From Kudoa neothunni (lineage: Eukaryota; Animalia; Cnidaria): a stretch of 64,000 bases of DNA. A program made the position numbers and the translations under genes. Numbering within the stretch: position 1 is the stretch's first letter; each line of letters starts with the position of its first letter. Shown one piece after another: positions 14,391 through 28,059 of this stretch. The DNA lies in assembly GCA_964304625.1 (NCBI GenBank), contig OZ199839.1, positions 8,878,328 to 8,942,327 on the forward strand. The letters are read 5' to 3'. The notes below the pieces were generated by a model. That model was not told the origin of the DNA, did no database searches, and saw only the letters and a program-made list of their open reading frames with translations.

Positions 14391-15078
14391 TCAATTGGAA
14401 TGGCTGTAACTTCTAACAATAAATAACGATTATACACACACACGCACACATAACACAGATGCGAACCTGCTGTTTCTATCTCTACGAGGGGGATCAGCAG
14501 CCCTTCTCGGCAGTGGTGATTCTTTGGATCTACTCTCATGGGTGTATTCGGCCCTTCTATGTCTGGATGGTGAGTCACGATTTCTAAAATTGGGATTCCA
14601 ATTCGATACACATTTACCGATCTATCGGTTTACCTGTAACGATCGCCACCTTGTCTCGCATCGTCATATCTGCGATTATCGTAGCAATCCCGCGATTTAT
14701 GTCCAACTCGACCACAATTGTAACAATTCCTATCATCAACCCTTGGACGACCACCATCATCTCTCGAATCTTTATCACCTAGTAGTAGAGACGTTGTGAA
14801 TATCCACCATCAAACGCTAATGTGATGAAGCGTAAACTACGTCGATCTCTAGCCAACTCCACTCGAACAGATCTTCCACAGAATCTTCGACCATCCATCC
14901 TTTTTACAGCTTCTTTTGCGTCACGTTCGTCCGAATAGATAACAAATGCAAAACCAGGTGGCCTTCGAGCAATCCACACGTCCTCCAGTTTACCGTACCT
15001 AGAAAACTCATCCTCCATCTCTTCCTTTCTCACTCCTTCCGGTAGACCACCAATAAATACCCTCGCTCTCTCAACCAT
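14391..15078 (-). CDS. SRSF7: SR splicing factor SRSF7/9G8-like (RRM + CCHC zinc knuckle + short Arg-rich tail), 4 exons
   Basis: RRM with VFIGGL and VWIARRPPGFAFV...VRVEL. After a short intron, CYNCGRVGHKSRDC. Further exons NRDSPSRHRR... and RSYSHSN* (stop 14391-14393). Confidence 0.85.
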
Positions 15079-15999
15079 TACACAACAACTCAGCCGTCAA
15101 TGAACAAGTCACGCACCCACGAATCTCCCACCGATCTAATCCATCCAACATGGATGGTTGTTAATATGACAATTTTTCGATTGCACTGCATTAATCTCAT
15201 TTCAATAATATATTATTTGTTTCTAAGCAGCGGCATACATTCCGCAAACGTAATGAATGTGCATTAATTTAATTTAGCTTATTCACGAACATCTCCGAAT
15301 AATTCGTGAGTATTACACGCTGTGTATTTTCTACGGGTGCACTCCACCAAAAGTGATACGTTTGTTTCGTTGTTTTGTAGACATAGGAATTTTAATTAAT
15401 TGAGTTGCTTATCCGTTATTAATGTGTGCGCACGCAAAAACCTTATTGTGTAATTAACAATCGTATACAACTGTCAAAGATGACCAAGTCACTCGCTTAC
15501 TAAGTGGGCACAAACCATTGTAATTCCTTTCGGTCATCCTATGTCATTGGTTCCATCTTTACAATTCATTAACTCGGTGAGGTTAACATCAGAGTTGTAT
15601 TTCCACATTCGGATCAACCAAACTAACTGCGTTATCTCAAAGTTAGATGATACTCGAGTTAATTTTTTGATCCTTTAATAACTATTTTTTATGTTTATTA
15701 CAGTTGTTAACAACTTTTTGATTATCGGATCCTACAAATCTAAAAGGTAAAATGTAGGTACGCTTGAACCACTTCTATTTTTAATACGCACATCCCCCTC
15801 TTTCTAACTTTTTCCACTTCACAATTTACATATACTGTTCATTGTCTGTTTAATCTTGTAGTGATTAATTACTGCTGGTCGGGTTTTAAACCCAAAACAG
15901 CCAAAAGTAATTAGCTAAGGTCAAAATTGCGCGTAAGAGGTGTAGTCTACAGATTCTAATGGACACTTACTATTAAAATTAATTTTTTTTAATTATTCC

Positions 16000-17720
16000 T
16001 AATGATTATTTTTGAACATTAAATTATGATTAGAACTCACAAATCAATACATAAAATCCGTGGTCTCTATGTATCTTTCCAGACAATGCCCATCCGTGCC
16101 TTCGTGTTAATGCCCTCTTTTGGTTACAATGTGTCAAACTGAAGTGTGGAAAGTGTTGAAGAGGCTTTGAAAGCTAGTAGACTTTTCTCTTGGAAAAAAT
16201 CTATAACGCGTTCTAAAGAATGGGACAATTTCTGTTCCATCTTTACTAAAGACGGGGTTGAAACATCCTAAATTGATTTTATTGTTAATTTAAGCGTATC
16301 AGATCAGGTAATGTTTGACATTAAAATTGCTAATTTTGTAGCTGAAACAATCTCCCCGTTTACAATAACAGAAAGTGCATCGTTTACAGAGATAATACAC
16401 TTTGCATTTAACTTAGGCCAAAAGTTCAATGAACCTAGTGCTAGGCTTAAGATTTTGTCCAAAAAATGCGTTAAACAAATAATTATGAATGAGTATAAGC
16501 GTATGTATTTAAAAATGGAAAAATTAATTACAGCAATCAATCACAATAGTATGTGCCCAACCGTTGATATATCAGTGTTGTTTGTTAAAAATTTCACTCT
16601 TCAACATCTCCAGTGTGACATGATCTATTCTCCTGTAAAACACACTCCAGAAAATATAAGTAAAATCTGCACGGAATTTTGTACTAAATTTTCACTTAGC
16701 AAATCTGATCTAAGAATTATTTGTGACTCCGCAGCAAACAATCTATCTGGTCTAAGAGAGTTCAACAATATTAATCTCAAGGTATTTTATGTATTAAATT
16801 GATGTATTTTAATATATTGATTACATTTTTTTATCATTAAGTTTATAAATAAATTTTATTTTCGCTATAATATCTAATTTCAATTTGTTCATTATGTGTA
16901 GCTTGGGATCTCAGTACAAACAGCACATCCGATTTATCCATACTAAGGGTGAATGTTGACAAACTGTGCGGATCTGTTCATAAAACGGCAGATTTACAGT
17001 CCAAATTACCAATGAAAATACAATGGGACTCAGCTACGCGATCATGGAGAGGTCTCAGCGATCGATATAGGACGTTAGTGGCGTATTTCGATAGTTCGGA
17101 GGGTGTGCTAGAAAATACTTTGATCAGCTGGAGCGGGTGAAAAGGCCATCGTCACATTTTGTAATTCGTTGAAGTTTCGTTTTTTACGTTATCGTTAGGT
17201 ATTTATTGTATTTCATCGTATCAAAGCAATGATTCAAAAGCAACATGAAACTTTTATGGGCGATTATTGTATGCATTTGGAAAGTTTATTGGACGAAAAA
17301 TACACACAATGTATTGATATCAACCGTAAAATCGCAACTTTTCTTCATCCAAATTTTGAAAAATTCAAATTTATTGAGCGTGAGTCTACAAAATAAAGAA
17401 TTAAATTATGTGATGTGATGTGATAAACCACTCAATATGTTATGAACTGGATAGTGACTCAGAAGATTTTCAATCAGAAATTCAACTGTACATCCGAGAA
17501 AAAGTCAACCAAGTTTACGAAAATCCGCCCGTTTATTGGGAAAAATCAAAGAAAGAAAATCTTAAAAAAGTTGCAACTAACGTGTACATACAGCCGACCA
17601 GCATCCAGCTCAATGTCAGAACGGGCGTTGTCATACGCTGGAAAAATTTTATCCAAGTCTAGATATAGACTTGAACCGAACACGTAACGAAAATTAGTAG
17701 TCTATACTAATAATATTAAA
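16000..17720 (+). mobile_element. Decayed hAT-superfamily transposase
   Basis: ISPFTITESASF, HTPENI, IICDSAAN, TRSW and a C-terminal dimerisation region EIQLYI...YWE...ASSSMSERALSYAGKILSKSRYRL, with stops and frameshifts. Boundaries approximate. Confidence 0.82.
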
Positions 17721-19068
17721 AATAAGACACTTCTGGAGTAAATTTAATTCACTCCTCTTTATTATGTTTTATTTTGCACTATCTCAAAAGCAAATTGAAC
17801 AGACCTAACTATTAGACTTATTAGATTAGGGTTTGAAAGTATTTTTGTCATTCTAAAAAATGTGTTGACAGATTTGACTATAGCGTAACTTAATATAACG
17901 AGGTTCTGTTTCCTAAATCAACTTAATTATCTTTTAAAAAAACTGATATCAAATTTGTATTTGGTAATAAAATATGAAATTATGACGTATAAGGTAACAT
18001 ACCCCAAAAATTCTAGTAAATCAAGGTAAAGATCGTAATTGTTTATATTCAATGCCTCATATTTTTTTCGATTAAAATTAGATTTTAATCGAATATCTTT
18101 TTTTCACGATTGTCCGTAATAAAATAAAAGAATAAAAAGACAAAATTTAGCTTAAAATAATTACTTCTCAATTAAAGAATTTTTCGTCAGGACGCTGTCG
18201 GATACACGTGCAATCTCCATCTTTTTCAACAAACATTGAATTGTTGTCTAATTTGTTTTGATAATCATCCATAAATTGGTTGTTCTTCATATTTTTTAAC
18301 ATATAAACGTAAATTTTACAATATCAGATTAATCTATATATGTATTAATTGGTTTTAACTATGAATAATTTAAAAACGAGGACAACCACATGCTCTCAAA
18401 ATGCATTTTCTTAATATTCTTAGGATTGATGAGTTTTTTTAAAAATAAGTAAACACTATATTTTAGATAAACATTTAATTTCAATAGGTAAATAATTAAA
18501 GGTTGATTATATGAAGTTATTACTATATTAAAGAAATTGTTACGTATGTGTTTAGTATAACACTTGATAAACGTAAAAATATTGTCCTTCATCATATTCA
18601 CTTTCTAATTTAAAACTTCTGTTGATAAGCACTTACCTACGTTGTTTGAAAAAAAGATTATAGCTATGCCAACTTTTCCTACAATATTTTTTAAACAAAT
18701 CGTTGTCTTCATTCATAATTAAAAATGTTTTCGATATTTGACGTGTTCTTTCGAATGAGAAAACGTCCCTTTCGAGAGGAAAGATTTCTACGGTATTATA
18801 ATTATAATAGAATAGTGAAATTAAAATATGATTTTGTTATATCATATGAAATGTTAATTTGTGTTTTTTGCGTCAGAGATGTTTACGCAAATCTATGTAT
18901 AATCTCATTTATGTTTAAAAGCGTCGAAAATTGCATGTCCTACAGATAAGATATCGTATATAAAAGTAAATATAATTCTAATTTATTTTTTAATTTCTTT
19001 TTTATTCGCATATTTTTTAAAAGAAAATTGTATAAACTTCAATTAGCATACAAACCAAAAAACAACCA

Positions 19069-20519
19069 CCCTCCAAAGAGCTTGGGTCAATTAGACCCAG
19101 GTTTTTTTTATCAATTTATCGAAAGAAATCTAAACAGTGAAACGCCAAAATATTTTATAAATCTATCGGCTATATTTTTAGTAAAACAGTGGAAAATGTA
19201 TCAGATAATCCTACTTAATCCTTTACACTTCATTTTGAGCTTTCCTCACGCTGCATCATACACTAAATATTACTGTGAATAGTTTATTTTCTGTGCAATA
19301 ATGGATAAAATTTAATTTTCATTTTAAATTAATAATTTTTGGTATTTAAAAATTCCGATATTACGTTAGACTATATTACGTCTCCAAGAAACGTGTTTTT
19401 GAATCTTGTTACATACGCACACACGGTTTTATTTGAAAAATGTCACTGAGCGATTCTGAGATGTATAGTGAATATTTACTATCGTCAACAAATGAATTCG
19501 GTGACTTTGAATCCGAAACTTCGGAGGAATCCTTAGCAGTCGATATGTTACTGGAAATCTAACTATAGGCAAAAATAGAACTCTTTAGTTTAGCCGAAGG
19601 CAAGGAAATTTATCGATAAATTTTTTACAAGAATAGATTTAAACAAATCGCCAGAGTTCTTCATTTTTATGATTATAGGACAAGAGCAGACAACCTTTTT
19701 ACATCTCTCCCACTCGCATTAAAATTGTTACGTATACTTCTGGCGTATTTGGGTACTATACGCCACAACAAAAGAGACATTCCAAAATGTGCTCTTCCAT
19801 CTGAAAATAGAGAGTTATTTAGTATGACTTTTCTATTTTTCGAAAAATTTATGCTAACATCGTATGTAAATAAGAAAAATAAATCTGTCATTTTGTTAGC
19901 TATAATAAAACGAAAGGTGGCGCTGATTCAGTCGATAGAATGTTGGCATCTGTCATTGTAAGGGGATTCAATAGAAGATGGCCAATGATTGTTTTCTTTA
20001 ACATGCTGGATTTATCCCTGGTAAATGCGTTTGTATTATACAAAAACATTTTTAATTGTAAAAATAAACTACGGAGCACTTTCTTGAAAGAATTGGCCGA
20101 TGTTCTCTATCAACATCATTACAATTAACAAGGGGGAACGATAAAAAAATCTCAGCACGTTGTACAAATTGTCTTGGTTTTTATTGTCGAACCCGTTCAA
20201 CCAACAGACATTGTAACTGTTCAAATAATGTATAACAGAAATTTACGTTTTTTAAAAAACGTTGAAATGTTTTCTTTGTTGAAAAATTAATTGTTGTTAT
20301 TTTTTATTGTAAAAGTGTGAATCTCAATATAGCCGATAGATTTTAAAAATATTTTGTCGTTTCACTATTTAGACTTATTCAATAAAATTTGCGTAAATTA
20401 TACCTTATAACAAGTTAGGAGAATACATAAATTTTAGTGAGTTAATGAAAATTATAAATAAAGACATGATCTCATTAATTTCGATTTGGGGTCAAATTGG
20501 CCCCAAGGTCTTTAGAGGG
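19069..20519 (+). mobile_element. Internally deleted piggyBac element
   Basis: TIR of about 32 bp: CCCTCCAAAGAGCTTGGGTCAATTAGACCCA (left) and TGGGGTCAAATTGGCCCCAAGGTCTTTAGAGGG|TTAA (right). Transposase remnants YLGTIRHNKRDIP, SYVNKKNKSVILL, RRWPMIVFFNMLDLSLVNAFVLY, and a Cys-rich C-terminal remnant. Confidence 0.9.
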
Positions 20520-22592
20520 TTAATATAGATATCAGATAATTACGTATCAACAGACACATAAAGATTGAACCAAATGGAAATCTTCAAAAGTTTCATTCAA
20601 TTCATCAGACAGACGCAATGCTTTCGCTTTCAGTGTCGGATGGATCAAAATCACTGGAACCAATAAGATCTATCATTGTATTGTAAGAATGAATCACATG
20701 TAAAAGATTAACTGAGCATAAAACAAGAATTAAAGGATATAACAATAATCCACTTCAATTAAAACTCAACTTAAAATCAACAGAAAAATTTGTTCAATTA
20801 ATAATTTGGATGTTCAGAAAACGTAATATAATGAATTTACATGAAATTTCGATTTTACAACGCCAATTTAATAAATGGATGGGTTCATGGAGTCCATAAT
20901 TATCTACAAAGGGTTAATTTATTTGTCTATATTATTGTTCTCTCTTGGAAATTCCATATTACCCCCCTCTCGAAAGTTTTATCCATTCTGTTATTGAGTA
21001 GTTTAAATTTCTCATTTCTAACAATGTCGCAATTTTCATTCAAGTTGCTATAATTGAAGTCAATTAATGTTTTTGACTTCCATGATGGGATAGTAATCAA
21101 CAGATGATGGATGTAATACCGAAGTTCTAAATCAATTGGTCTTGGAGTCACTCTTAGTTCATACTTTTTCAAATTATTCAATAATCTCCACGTCAAAAAA
21201 GTGAGCGATATTTTGTCTTATGTTTTAAGTGCGTATTAATTATGCCGAAGTAATCAAAACACAGTTTTGGGGGGCAAAATAAGCATAGCTAACACTCCTA
21301 TTTTTCTCCTCGAGAGAATTATATCTTACTTTTATAATTATGTGAAATGACTTATTTCATTTTTACCTTACGATTAATATCTATATTTAATATCTATATT
21401 TTGAATTTTCGAGAATATATTCTAAAAATGCACAATAATCATGCTACGTAAAAAATAACGCGTGACTGTGCTCATTTTAGTGATATCAATAATAAATATT
21501 TTGACCCAATAAAGAACCATCCAACAATATTGCATTGTTAAATTTAAAAAATATCTTGATTTTAATGTGAATTATTGTAATTTTTGAAAAATTAATAATA
21601 AGTATTTTGACAACAACGAAATAAAAATATTTATTAAAATAATAATTAGTTGATTTCCACGTAATCCTTCACGTGGGTAACTTATGTAATTGATAACTGG
21701 TTATGAAAATAATAAAAGTACCTTCATAATCGTGCCTATGCACTCAAATGACAAATAGGTTGTAATACAAACAAAACATTATATTACAAATCTTCTTTAT
21801 ATTTACGATCAATCCCTTAATTTTTTTCTTTTTCAAACACAGAATAACTTAAAAAAATTAATTTTGCGAATTTACTTAGTTTATCTGATATAATTTGGAA
21901 ACCAGAATTTATTATTGTCGTGTGTTATAATACTCAGTAGTCATTGGATAAGTATTCTATTCTGGTTGTGTGAACAAGTAACAGAAATTAATTAATAATA
22001 AGGTTAGGGATTTCTTGCCCAATCAAATGAGAGATTATTGTTGAACCGATTGATAAAAGTGAGATTATGTAAAAATAATCAGCAAACCATTTTTAAACAG
22101 ATTATTGCCTCTACTAATTTCGATTAACAGAAGATTATCTGATTAACGTACCGAAATAGGCGCATACCAATCTACGTCACTTAAGGTGTCATCTGCTTAC
22201 GATTGACTCCGATAGATGTGTTGTCGTTTATTCACCACTTAAAAATATTTAAATATTCAATCAGAATATTTTAAGTGAGTTTAAATATGGAGGTTTGAAC
22301 ATTCTTATTTTAACTAATATGTATTAATCGTGGAAACGAGGTAAAATAATCGTCATGCTAATTCCCAATTGAATAACACGTGACACAGTCGCTAATTCTC
22401 TATCAAATTAAGAGATTTATCAATCTATTTTGGAGGTGTATTTGATTCGAATTTATCGATCTAAATTTTAACCGCATGGAATCGTTAAAATAAACAGACT
22501 ACCTTGCAAACATCCTTTATTAATAATCACGACAATAAACGAAGATGATCTCATGTGGTGTTCGGTATCTACGTGCAGCGTTCGGTTTGGTC

Positions 22593-23559
22593 ATGGTGTC
22601 GTCTACTCTCCATTGTGAAAAATTTGGAATCCGAAACCACCGTTGACGATTTGAAAGAAACTTTCAAAAAGTACGGAAAGGTTAATGACATTGCCATCGA
22701 CGATGATAGTGCAAGCGCCACTGTTATGTTTGCAAGAGTGAAAGCAGCGGAAAGGCACTCAGCGCATTGAATGGCAAAGATGTGTGTGGATCGATCGTGA
22801 AGATCTCCATGGATGATGAGGAATCTGAAGTGGATTCTGGTAGAAATTGATTGTGTTGAGAGGTGCTGATAATGGGTTTATATTTTTGTAGATGAAGAGG
22901 AGGTGAATCCAGCCGCCAGTAACAGCAACGAGGAGGACAACGATATGATGATGATATCAATGAGGAAGAAGAACTGGAAGAAGATGATGATGATGATGAT
23001 GATGAGCAGGAAACCCCTAATAAAAACTGCCAAAACCTGTCGAACCTGTTCCAAAGAAGGTCACATTGCTAAGTTCTGCCCACAGAACCAGAAGGACAAG
23101 AAAAAGTTTGAAAAGATCACTTGTTTTAAATGTGGAAAATTTGGTCACAAATCTCGTGATTGTAAAAATGCCTTGAAAAACATGTGCTTCAACTGCGCTC
23201 AAGATGGACATTTGTCTCGTGACTGTCCAAACAAACAACCCTCTGGCAATGCCTCTAGGGTCTGTTTCAGATGTAAACAAACAGGTCACATGTCCAGAGA
23301 ATGTCCCAACAAATCTGAGGAGAATCACCAAGCCAGAGCTTGCTACAAATGTGGTCAAACTGGTCACGTGCTCAGGGATTGTAAAAATCGATCTGAAGCT
23401 GACCATAACACAAGAAAATGTTTCAAATGCGGTGATCCAGGTCACATCTCTCGGGATTGTACTTCCGGTAGCTCTGGGGGCCCAATTCGAACAAATGGTG
23501 GGAATGCCGGCATAAAAAAATCCAGACAATCTCCCTACCACAAGAAAAATATGAAGTAA
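22593..23559 (+). CDS. RRM + acidic tract + six CCHC zinc knuckles (CNBP/Gis2-like array). One intron at about 22840-22891; four 1-nt frameshifts, probably assembly errors
   Basis: RRM LIVKNL...DDLKETFKKYGKV...ATVMF...ALNGKDVCGSIVKI. Six C-x2-C-x4-H-x4-C knuckles in ORF 22903-23559. The poly-Met stretch in the ORF track is the off-frame reading of a GAT (poly-Asp/Glu) tract. Confidence 0.85.
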
Positions 23560-24582
23560 TCGTAGCTCCACGATCGTTTCTAATTTGATTGTGTAGGAAT
23601 TGAGGTAGCGCTTACTCCACTCAGTCAACATCAATTCATTTTGCTGTTACTTTGTAGAATATTTATTTGAGGAGTTGTAGTCAAAATATATGTATTTGTG
23701 ATCTGTTAGTTTGTCATGGATGGGTTTCTACTGATTGGCGTGTTCTATTTAATGTTTTTATTGATTGCGTTGGCGTTCTTTTTTCAGTTTGGGGTTGTTG
23801 TTAATTGGTATTATTAAATTTTATGTTTTCCGAGAGTCGTGGATTACTATCGCGAAATCTCGACTATTTATGTTTATTTCTATACGATAAATTCTCCAAT
23901 GAATTACTCTGTCTTAATGAGGCCTCAAACTTTACCGTTTATTTATATTCTCTTCTATAAGCTGTTTGTATTCGTATTTTCCTAATTAAACTTAACAACT
24001 AATAATGAACAAGAAACTTAACTAGTGTACTTGTCGTTTGAATTAATAATTGGGTGACAGTGATAGAAACTAAGGTATTGAACAAATCTACACATTGATT
24101 GTATGATATATTGAAAAGAGAATAAACTATAAGATTTAATCTAAATAGAATTGAATGAATGTGAAGGTCATTCATGCAGGATTAAAGAGTGAGTTATAAA
24201 AAATAGCAAAAATATAACATTCTATATTTATAAAAGTATAAAAACACGGTCTCGTCTAATTATTCACCCGAAATTTGCTTAAAAATGATCTGTACACGAT
24301 GAATTAAGGCTAGCAGAAACAAAGCTCCTAGTATGACATTTTGTAAAACCTCAAAAAACTAAAAAAGTAGTCGTTGGGTCGTGCGGAATATGGCTCTAGC
24401 GCAATTTTAAAAAATTTACTTGTATACTCCATATTTTATTTTACTTCAGGTTTAAATAAGTAGTTCAATAACAAATAAGTCATTAAAAATTAACGAATAT
24501 TTGGATTTCAACAAATAAGGCGTGCTCCGATACAATCCATCCGGACCCTAGAAAATAACTATCTTAATGGTCTTAAATTTCT

Positions 24583-26038
24583 TTGTCGATTATCAATAAT
24601 AAATCCAATAAATTACTTCAACATTTTTGCCTATTTCCTATTCGACTAGAGTCGGATACACATGTAACCTACACATCGTTTTGCAATAAACATCGAAAAA
24701 TAGCAGATTATTTGCTTTTTTCGGAAATTATTCATAATTTCTATTTTATATTAATGTTAACAAAAACAACATTAAATTTTTCTGTGTTGATTTTCCATGT
24801 GGAAATCGCGATAAGGAGCTTTTAAGTTTTAGAGAGGACGGTGCAGGGTCATTCGTGACCCCAATTTAGACATTTCCTCGTTTTATGGTACAACTCAAGT
24901 TATTATATCGTTTAAATTTCTTGTAATCTCCGTAGAAGAGTTTAAGTTTTTACACATACAGTCAAAATAAATGTATTGAATCTTTAGTAATAAATACTTG
25001 CATTTTATCAGTGTACGCAATACTTTATAATATTAAAGGTAATGGTAAAATAATTTTTTAAATAAAACAGATACTATATGTAAATAATAAACTAATATAA
25101 TCATTCTTGCTTAAAGCTGAAATATTTTAGCAGCATAAACAGAGAAGTATACAATGACCGCAATATCTAGATTAACGTTGTTATTTTTTATTCTACTGCA
25201 ATATAGACTCTGGTATATTTTGATGTACTTGACAGTGATTTGTTCGTATGAATATAACACTCATACCACGGGTTTATTACATTTTTTGTGTTAAATAAAT
25301 TTCTTTAAGCATGAAACAAATAGAATACTACTTTTTAAACTTATTAACTGTAATTATGAGATTTGGCAAGCATAGTTGCAAAAAAGAGGCTAAAATTGTA
25401 AATAATTTCGTTTGAAAGCTAAATTATGTATTATATCAACAATAATACATTATTTTATTCGAACAAATATTTTTGTCAAAATAAATTGAATACAATTTAT
25501 ATTGGTAATTAATTATATACTTTATGTCGTATTTTAAAAATAAATAGATAAATATACGATTCATTATTTGTAAAAGTTATCCAATTTAATATCTTCAACT
25601 AAATAAATGTGTGTTGAAAATTTTTAATTAATGCTTATCTTTAATTTTGCAAGTAATTGGTGCATAAAAATTACTCCACTGGTAATAATGTACTAATAAA
25701 AATATATAAACTAAAATGAATAATTATAATTGTTAATTAATGTTTTAAAAGTTAATTTGACATATAGAAATAAAGATAGATGACATATTATTTAGAAGGT
25801 TTACTATTCTAAATTTGGTACGTAATAATTAAGAAAATTTAAATAATAGTTACAGTATACTAATTAGGATAAAATATGAAAATAATCAGCTATTTTTCGG
25901 TGTTTATTCCAAAATGATGTGGATTACACGTGTATCCGACTGTAATCGAATAGTAATTGAGGAAAAATTTAGAAGTAACTGATTTGAGCTCAATATTTAC
26001 ACACAATATTCTTTTGATTTATTATTGATACTCGTAAA
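24583..26038. mobile_element. Non-autonomous DNA element/foldback with long imperfect inverted repeats (about 24583-24715 vs 25880-26038)
   Basis: ctattcgactagagtcggatacacatgtaacctacacatcgttttgcaataaacatcgaaaaatagcagattatt is the approximate reverse complement of aataatcagctatttttcggtgtttattccaaaatgatgtggattacacgtgtatccgactgtaatcgaatag. A further fragment lies at about 18197. Confidence 0.65.
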
Positions 26039-28059
26039 TGAATAAACGAGAAAAAACGCACGAAAGATGGTGTTTTTCTGAAGTCACATACTTTACCATT
26101 TCCCACACGGCTTTCGACCGCGCGTTTATGATTGGTGGATTACAACATTTATAATCTAAATGTTACAAAGACATTGATTTTTACGTAGAAGTATGGGCTC
26201 GAATATAAATTTTGTCTGATAATGTCTTTGGCACGTGCGCATTAATTGATAAATTTTGTTTACTTTGGGTTTATTAATTTTTATTTAAGAAAATGATTAT
26301 TACACAATTTTATTAGGTGCAGCGTGCGCATTTTAGATTTTTCATTTTAGAATATACTTATTTTTAAACAGAAATAAACAAAACTTCGTATTTAATCATG
26401 TTTCAACAACCGTTATTATCCCATGATCCTTTGATTTATATTTTCTTATTTTCATACAAAGTTGGTGCATTTTTATCACTAGAAAAATAATCATTATTTT
26501 TTAAATAAATTTTATTTACGTTATATATACTTACTATGTATATTTATCAACATTAACAATTTATCTTTTAATCCGTAAATCACACATCCATCTATTACGA
26601 CCAAAATAACATCGTTCGTATTTATTAACGCAAATTGCCTGATAACAGATGACAACGTATTTTAAAGTTCGCTCTATTAGTAGTATGTGTATTCTTCGTG
26701 TAATGACATATTATGTATTTAATGAAGTAATCTTTAGATTTTAACATTAATAAAACAAAATTGATCGATAAAAATGATTATATTACATATAATGCGGGTG
26801 CAACCAACTCGATCTTCTATTATTTGTTGTTTGTAGAAGTTATTTCACATCTGTAAACTTAATTATGTGGTAATTTAGGTTTGATGTGATATGATAATTT
26901 TCAAAAACCTTCTTAGAAAACAAAAATAAAATAAATATCTAAAATGTAGTGTGTTTCAAACTAAAACATTAAAATTATTTTAAAAGTCACAAATATAAGA
27001 ATAATACACAATTTAGATCTTTAATGTAAAATTGAAATTTTACATAATTAATTATTAGTAATTCGTAGTTTAAACATTCTGGGATCATCGTGAAAATGTA
27101 AGAGGAAGGATTATTAAATCCTTCATCATCCACTGTGACTCATAATTCTATTTATGAATCTAAAAAATTCCAAATAACTTTCATATTAATATTTTAATCT
27201 AATTGTTGATATCTATTTTATCAAACTGATCCCTCTTCTTATTTACGATTTTTATAATTTTGAAAAATTCGATTTGAGGAATGTTATAACATAAAAGGGT
27301 AGAGATTCAACTCAGTTTATTGTGACCATTTAATCCGGCACATAATTATATTATAGTATAATCCATTAAACAATTTATCTGAATGCTAATTATTCAAGAC
27401 AACAATATTTGATATTATATTTGTCTCTTAATGTGTTTTAATAGCCTAAGAAATCAGTGTTAAACAAATTATGATCGATTCTTTAATTAAATTAAAAACT
27501 TTATGCATAAAAATTGATTTTTAATTATCACACGCATATGCATTTAAACGCAATTATTACGTATATTCGAACGTAGGATCTAATGAATTTATCGGTTGTG
27601 CAATAAATAAAAATTAATTCAAAAACAAGCCCTAATAGGTTTATAAAAATTTTACAATTATTATTACTCTCTCATTTTCAAAGAAAAATCGAATCAACTC
27701 CGAACTCCTCTATTTTTTTATATGGTAGAATACAAAAATTAGTAAGAGTTCATTAGATATAGAAGACTTATCTTATGCCGCCAAATATTCAAAAGAAATT
27801 TTGGATGGATAAAGAAAACTATTTTTTTATAAAACTAAGGAAAAAAATTATTAATTGTATTAAATATATTAATTAATTTATAAATAAAAACACCAAATTT
27901 ACTAATAAGCTCATATCGAATATCAATCAGTTTAGCATTGTTTTTTAAAAAATGAAGATATAACCATAAAAACACAACAATTATTTATATCTATCTACTT
28001 GTTTTGTCGATTTTAAAGTTAACAAAAACAAAGGTTTTTGAAAACAACAATATTTAGCT

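Noticed and set aside
20927-21196. 89-aa ORF as a gene
   Set aside because: No ATG start, no recognisable domain and no splice context established.
22940-23010. Poly-Met protein region in the ORF track (also poly-His/Ile/Met ORFs at 1157-1372 and 28367-28624)
   Set aside because: Off-frame or antisense readings of GAT repeats that encode acidic tracts.
23017-23634. 205-aa antisense ORF (and 149-aa ORF at 3902-4351)
   Set aside because: Shadow ORFs opposite well-supported genes, with no recognisable motifs.
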